From Paraspadella gotoi (taxonomy: Eukaryota; Animalia; Chaetognatha): a DNA stretch of 64,000 nt. A model generated the notes under the pieces. That model saw nothing but the letters and a program-made list of their open reading frames with translations, was not told the origin of the DNA and did no database searches. The position numbers were made by a program, and so were the translations under genes. Positions 51,529 through 64,000 of the stretch are shown here, in pieces. The stretch covers positions 1,692,581-1,756,580 of the forward strand of contig JBJCIZ010000239.1 in NCBI GenBank assembly GCA_051294375.1, in the 5' to 3' direction. Positions within the stretch are counted from its first letter, which is position 1. Each line of letters opens with the position of its first letter.

Positions 51529-52048
51529 TGTATCTTACGAATAGGACAACCTAAGACACAACCTAATTAATAATTATAGAAACAAACAAGTGAATTGATA
51601 ATGTTCAACAAACATATCGTCAATGGCATATCCGTCAGTGAGCATTTCTTTTAATGAATTTGTTTGTTTTCGAATTTTGTTTTATGAATTCAAACCTATG
51701 TGTAATTAAATCTCTAATTCCCGCTGGTCGTTATCTCTCCTCTCACTATGAAAGTTGTCTCTTCTTCTTTAAATTTATTTTTTTTCGATGACCAAATATA
51801 AATTAATTTTAAGAACGAGTGAGGTAGCGGCAAATTTGTAAGTTACCTACGTTAACTATCCTTGCTCATTGTTGACATTAAGACCTATTTCAAAAAGTGT
51901 TCAATAAGAACGTATAATTATCAAAACCATTAAAAAAATATATCACCAATCCATTTAAAAAAAAAAAAAAATAACACGATCGAATAACCAAATAAGCCAA
52001 TCCAAAAAAATGGTATAAAGTCAAGAGACAATGTCATTCCTTCCTTCA

Positions 52049-54121
52049 TCACGACATCCAAGGCAATTTCTCCAAATCCGCGTTTCCTCCGCACAAAACG
52101 ACGCCGACCTTTTCAATCCGTGAGCCTAGCGGCGTCTTTGAAGGGCTGGCTGCAAAGGGCGGCGACGCCGGCCGCCGCCGCCGCCTCGACGGCGAGTTTC
52201 ATCCGTTGGTAGACGAACTTCATCGCGGCGACGATTTCCCCGTCGTCGACGCTGAGGAGGGAGAGAGGGGGGAAGTTGGGTTAAAGTTCTAGAAGAAAAA
52301 CCATTTTAAATCGAATTTAAGCGACCAACCTGAAAACCTCTTTTTCGGCCAATTCCAACAAAATGGGCCAAGTCAGGTGACCGACTTGTTGCAACTTTAT
52401 GCCATCGGCGAGAGTGTCTGGATCAAAGTCGAGAGATTATAGAATTTGTGATCATATTATATATTTATATTTTGTTAAAATTATATTATATTTATATTAC
52501 CCAAAAACTTTGGTTCTCCCCACAATCTTCGTCCCGCCGTCAACGATGCCCCGAGCTCCTTCCCACGCGGCTCAACGGCGAACACCTTCAGTTCGGGTCT
52601 GGCAGTTTTGGCGGCGACGCAGATGCCGGCGGTCATCCCGCCGCCGCTGATCGGGACAAGGATGCAGTCCAGATCCGGGACCTTGCCAAATGTCGGGAAA
52701 AGAAGATAAGTGAAGACGCGAGCTATATGAAACGTGCGTCCCGGGTTTAATCGTGAGTATTTCTAACAGAGGGATATCAGAATACGACAATATGCAAATG
52801 AGATTGAGGAACTCAATCTCATTTTAGACAATTCACAAATTAATCTGCTTCATATTGAGGCAGTTATTAAAGAAACGAAGTTCGGTTTAAAAGTAACAGA
52901 TTCCGTTTAAACAAGGCGATCACTGACGGTCGGCAGCTCTTACGCCCATCGCCGGGGGTATCACATGCGATTCCCACCGTTGCCATAATACTCTTTTCCC
53001 TTACACAAATCACATTTAAAACCACACCTGCTCCATAAACTCAAGAGCGATGGTTCCCTGTCCGGATATGACGTCGTAGTGATCGTAGGGTGGAATGACG
53101 TGAAAGCCGAGTCGATCGCTGATTTCTTGACACGTCGCGGCGCGAGACGCAGGCGTCGGCTCACAGTAAATCAGTTCCGCGCCGTAGGACTCTGAGGAAA
53201 AGGGTAGAAGGTAGTTGCGGCTGCTCGGTAAGGGACCCAAGAGAAAGGGCTAGAAAAGGACCAGAACTATCTTTAATTTCTTCCGACTTGTTCTGTGACT
53301 TAATTCCCAAAAAGTTTATTAAACTAAAATCGTTGTTTTTCTTTTTTTTCGTTGGTTGAGTTTAATAAGAGAAATATTGATTTTTCACTCCTGTATCCCT
53401 CAATCTGACCTAAAACTTCAGCTGTCCTCAGCCTCTTTTGTCAACTTTTCACTCAATTCTTTCAATTCTTTGTTGGAAGCTTTATCTCTCTCTCTCTCTC
53501 AAACTCATTCTTAACATTGCGAAACTTGTGATCCACTGATGATGAATAGAAATACTATTCGAAACATATCTGTAACAATGTGAATTAAAATTCGTTGTGA
53601 AAAATCAATATGTCTATTATTAAACTAAAATCACATAGCTTTCTCCTCTCACCTATCGCCCGGGCCTTCACCATCGGCGCCCCTTTGGGAACGACCACTT
53701 TACAAGGCAAGCCCGCCTGTCGCGCCGCCCACGCCAGCGCCTGCCCGTGATTTCCGCTGCTGTGCGTCACAACGCCCTTCACGACGTCATCGGCGCTTTC
53801 TCAAGAAACAGGAAATGTTTGTTTCATATAATGGGAACAACTCGGGGAACTCTCCCCAACACCACGGCGCCGTCGTCAACCTGTCAGCTTGGCGACGGCG
53901 TTGAGCGCGCCTCGCGCCTTGAAGGAGCCCGTCTTTTGAAGGAACTCTCCCTTGCAAAAGACCTCGACGGGGAAGTCGGGCGAAGAGGCCCGCGCGTCGA
54001 GTTCTCGACAAGTGAAGACGGGAGTGAGATGAAGAGAGGCGGCGATGCGCTCGCGGGCCTGCGTCACCGTTGCCATGGAAACCTTAGAGTTGAACGAGGC
54101 GGCTAGCTTGGGGGAGTTCAT
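52049..54121 (-). CDS. SRR: Serine racemase / threonine dehydratase-like PLP enzyme, about 6 exons
   Basis: FCKGEFLQKTGSFKARGALNA; VVTHSSGNHGQALAWAA; VISGQGTIALE; VPISGGGM; KLAVEAAAAAG; GVVLCGGNAD. Confidence 0.88.
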
Positions 54122-54797
54122 CTTGTATCGAAGGGAACGAAAAAATTGAAACGCTTGAAGATCGGAAATTTGTTTCTTTATTATTTTTTGTCGATGGTCA
54201 AAGCACGTCCTAATTAACAAATTTTAAAAATCACCTATGAAATGTTTCTTTGGTTGCACACAACTTAGAATCGACATAATCGCTAGCATTAATTTACTAA
54301 ATCGTTAAAATAAAAAAAATTCACAATATGAAGATACTCTCGAACGTACTAAAATCTAGAGTATCAGAATAAGACAAAGTAATATATACTATGTATGTCG
54401 TCTTTAACCTAAAACATGAAGTATATATGAAAAAATGCAAGATTACTTGTTTTACTATATATTTGAACAACAACGCAAAGACATAAAACTATAGCTACGC
54501 ACAGCTATCACGATGAAGACTGAACAAGATGTAAAGTATGCTAATGTAAAAACGAGGGTGGAAAGTGAGAAAGATCGTCAGCGTTAACGGATTGAAATGA
54601 CGTTTTGAAATGCCATGAAATGCCCTCGAATAATTCCAACAAACGTAAAACGAAGATTATCTAACTTCCACATTTAAACGAAACCAGTTCTTCATCCGTC
54701 ACCATGCCGAAAGAAAAAGCACACCAATTTCAAAGTCACGGTTTCCAATTTCGACTTTTTTGACTAGAGTCGCTTTTGTTTGCTCAAATAGTTGTTT

Positions 54798-62926
<8,129 letters not shown>

Positions 62927-63370
62927 TCACTGACTTACTGCGCGATTCGATTTGAGGAGGCAACGGAAGCTTTTCACTGCGAAAATAAATAGGGAAAACT
63001 TGGTGATTGGGGGGGAAAACAAGTAGACTAACTAATGCCACCAAAATGTATAATAATAACATAAAACGAGGAAAGCTTGAGTAACAAAAAAAAACCAACA
63101 AAAAATACCCAATAGGCAAAATTATGTAGAGCGAGTGGAATATGAGAGTCGAGTTTTTGGACAAATACAAAAAATAGGTATTAAAAAATTATAAACATAA
63201 TTTGAGCAACGGAAATAATAAAATCACAAGGTTTGATGGAATTTGATATGCACTTTATCGGTAATCACAGTTTTTTCCGCACGGGAAAAAAAATTGATAA
63301 TGACTAGCGGTTTTTAGGTTTCGAGCTTATATTAATATAAAACTCTTAAAATGTTTAGGCCTCTGGCAAT

Positions 63371-63766
63371 CTACATCGACGTCAAGGCTACGACTTCGGG
63401 TTCCTCGAATTCCGAGCGAGTCTTCAAACATCCCAGCGTCGCGCCGACGACGCCGACGAGAAAGATCAAGGACGCCCCAACGACGGTGCCGAAAAGAAGG
63501 CTATGAGCGCCGGGGCTGAGCATCCCGAGAGGGCGCTCCATCGCCGCGAAGGCGTCGACGCGATTCGTGGTCACGGACTCCGTCAGCCCCTGGCACCAGA
63601 GCAGCGAGAACATCCAAGGGGCGTTGGGGACCCAGACGTTGGAGGTGACGTTGTGACGAGCGAATTGGGACATGAGGGTCGACGGGAAGGCGCGTCCGAA
63701 GTGGATGTTGCGGTGAGTGAGGTTGCGGCGTAGGAAGTAGGAGAGATCGTCCACCAAGTCGTCGTT
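63371..63766 (-). CDS. Last exon of a glycerophosphodiester phosphodiesterase (GDPD2/4/5-like); gene extends beyond the window
   Basis: NVTSNVWVPNAPWMFSLLWCQG..SVTTN followed by a TM helix, resembling the GDPD5 motif NAPWLFSLLWCAGVPSVTSD. Confidence 0.75.
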   Translation of the reverse strand, partial: NDDLVDDLSYFLRRNLTHRNIHFGRAFPSTLMSQFARHNVTSNVWVPNAPWMFSLLWCQGLTESVTTNRVDAFAAMERPLGMLSPGAHSLLFGTVVGASLIFLVGVVGATLGCLKTRSEFEEPEVVALTSM

Positions 63767-64000
63767 CTGCGGTGGTGGTCGTGGTGGTTTTTCCAATCAG
63801 AAATTTAACCACGGATAATTTTTAATTGATTTTAATTTTAATTCATATAAGGAAGGAACTTTTGACGCAACCAAGCATATTGTCGTATTGACATTGACTT
63901 ATCATAAATTTTGTTCTTGTGTCATTACATGTTCTCTTATTCAACAAATAAGTTAATTGGTATGTTAATTAGGAATACTAATAGAGCAAAGTAAGTATAC

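Overview
Gene-dense, intron-containing metazoan (invertebrate-like) genomic DNA with GC-rich exons and AT-rich introns. Eighteen consecutive host genes lie head-to-tail on the minus strand, often only 150-500 bp apart. In transcription order they are: GDPD-like (3' end), ENO-PGAM, SRR, AGK, PTPMT1, IST1, MED28, OTU protein, KIN17, GALNT11, ANAPC4, VTI1A, 4-RRM ELAV-like, TPR-TM protein, UBA5, SF3B6, ANKRD66, DTWD2. This arrangement suggests operon-like polycistronic transcription. The only plus-strand genes (DYNC2LI1 and an intronless K50 homeobox gene) are nested antisense inside introns. The most striking observation is that the last enolase exon has no stop codon and runs in frame into a complete cofactor-dependent phosphoglycerate mutase, giving a 9-exon, 685-aa fusion of two consecutive glycolytic enzymes. 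The 11-kb first intron of ANKRD66 holds a decayed BEL/Pao LTR element, with a hAT-like long-TIR element (8-bp TSD) inserted at its 3' LTR end. Gene identities come from recognising protein motifs by eye; no database searches were run.
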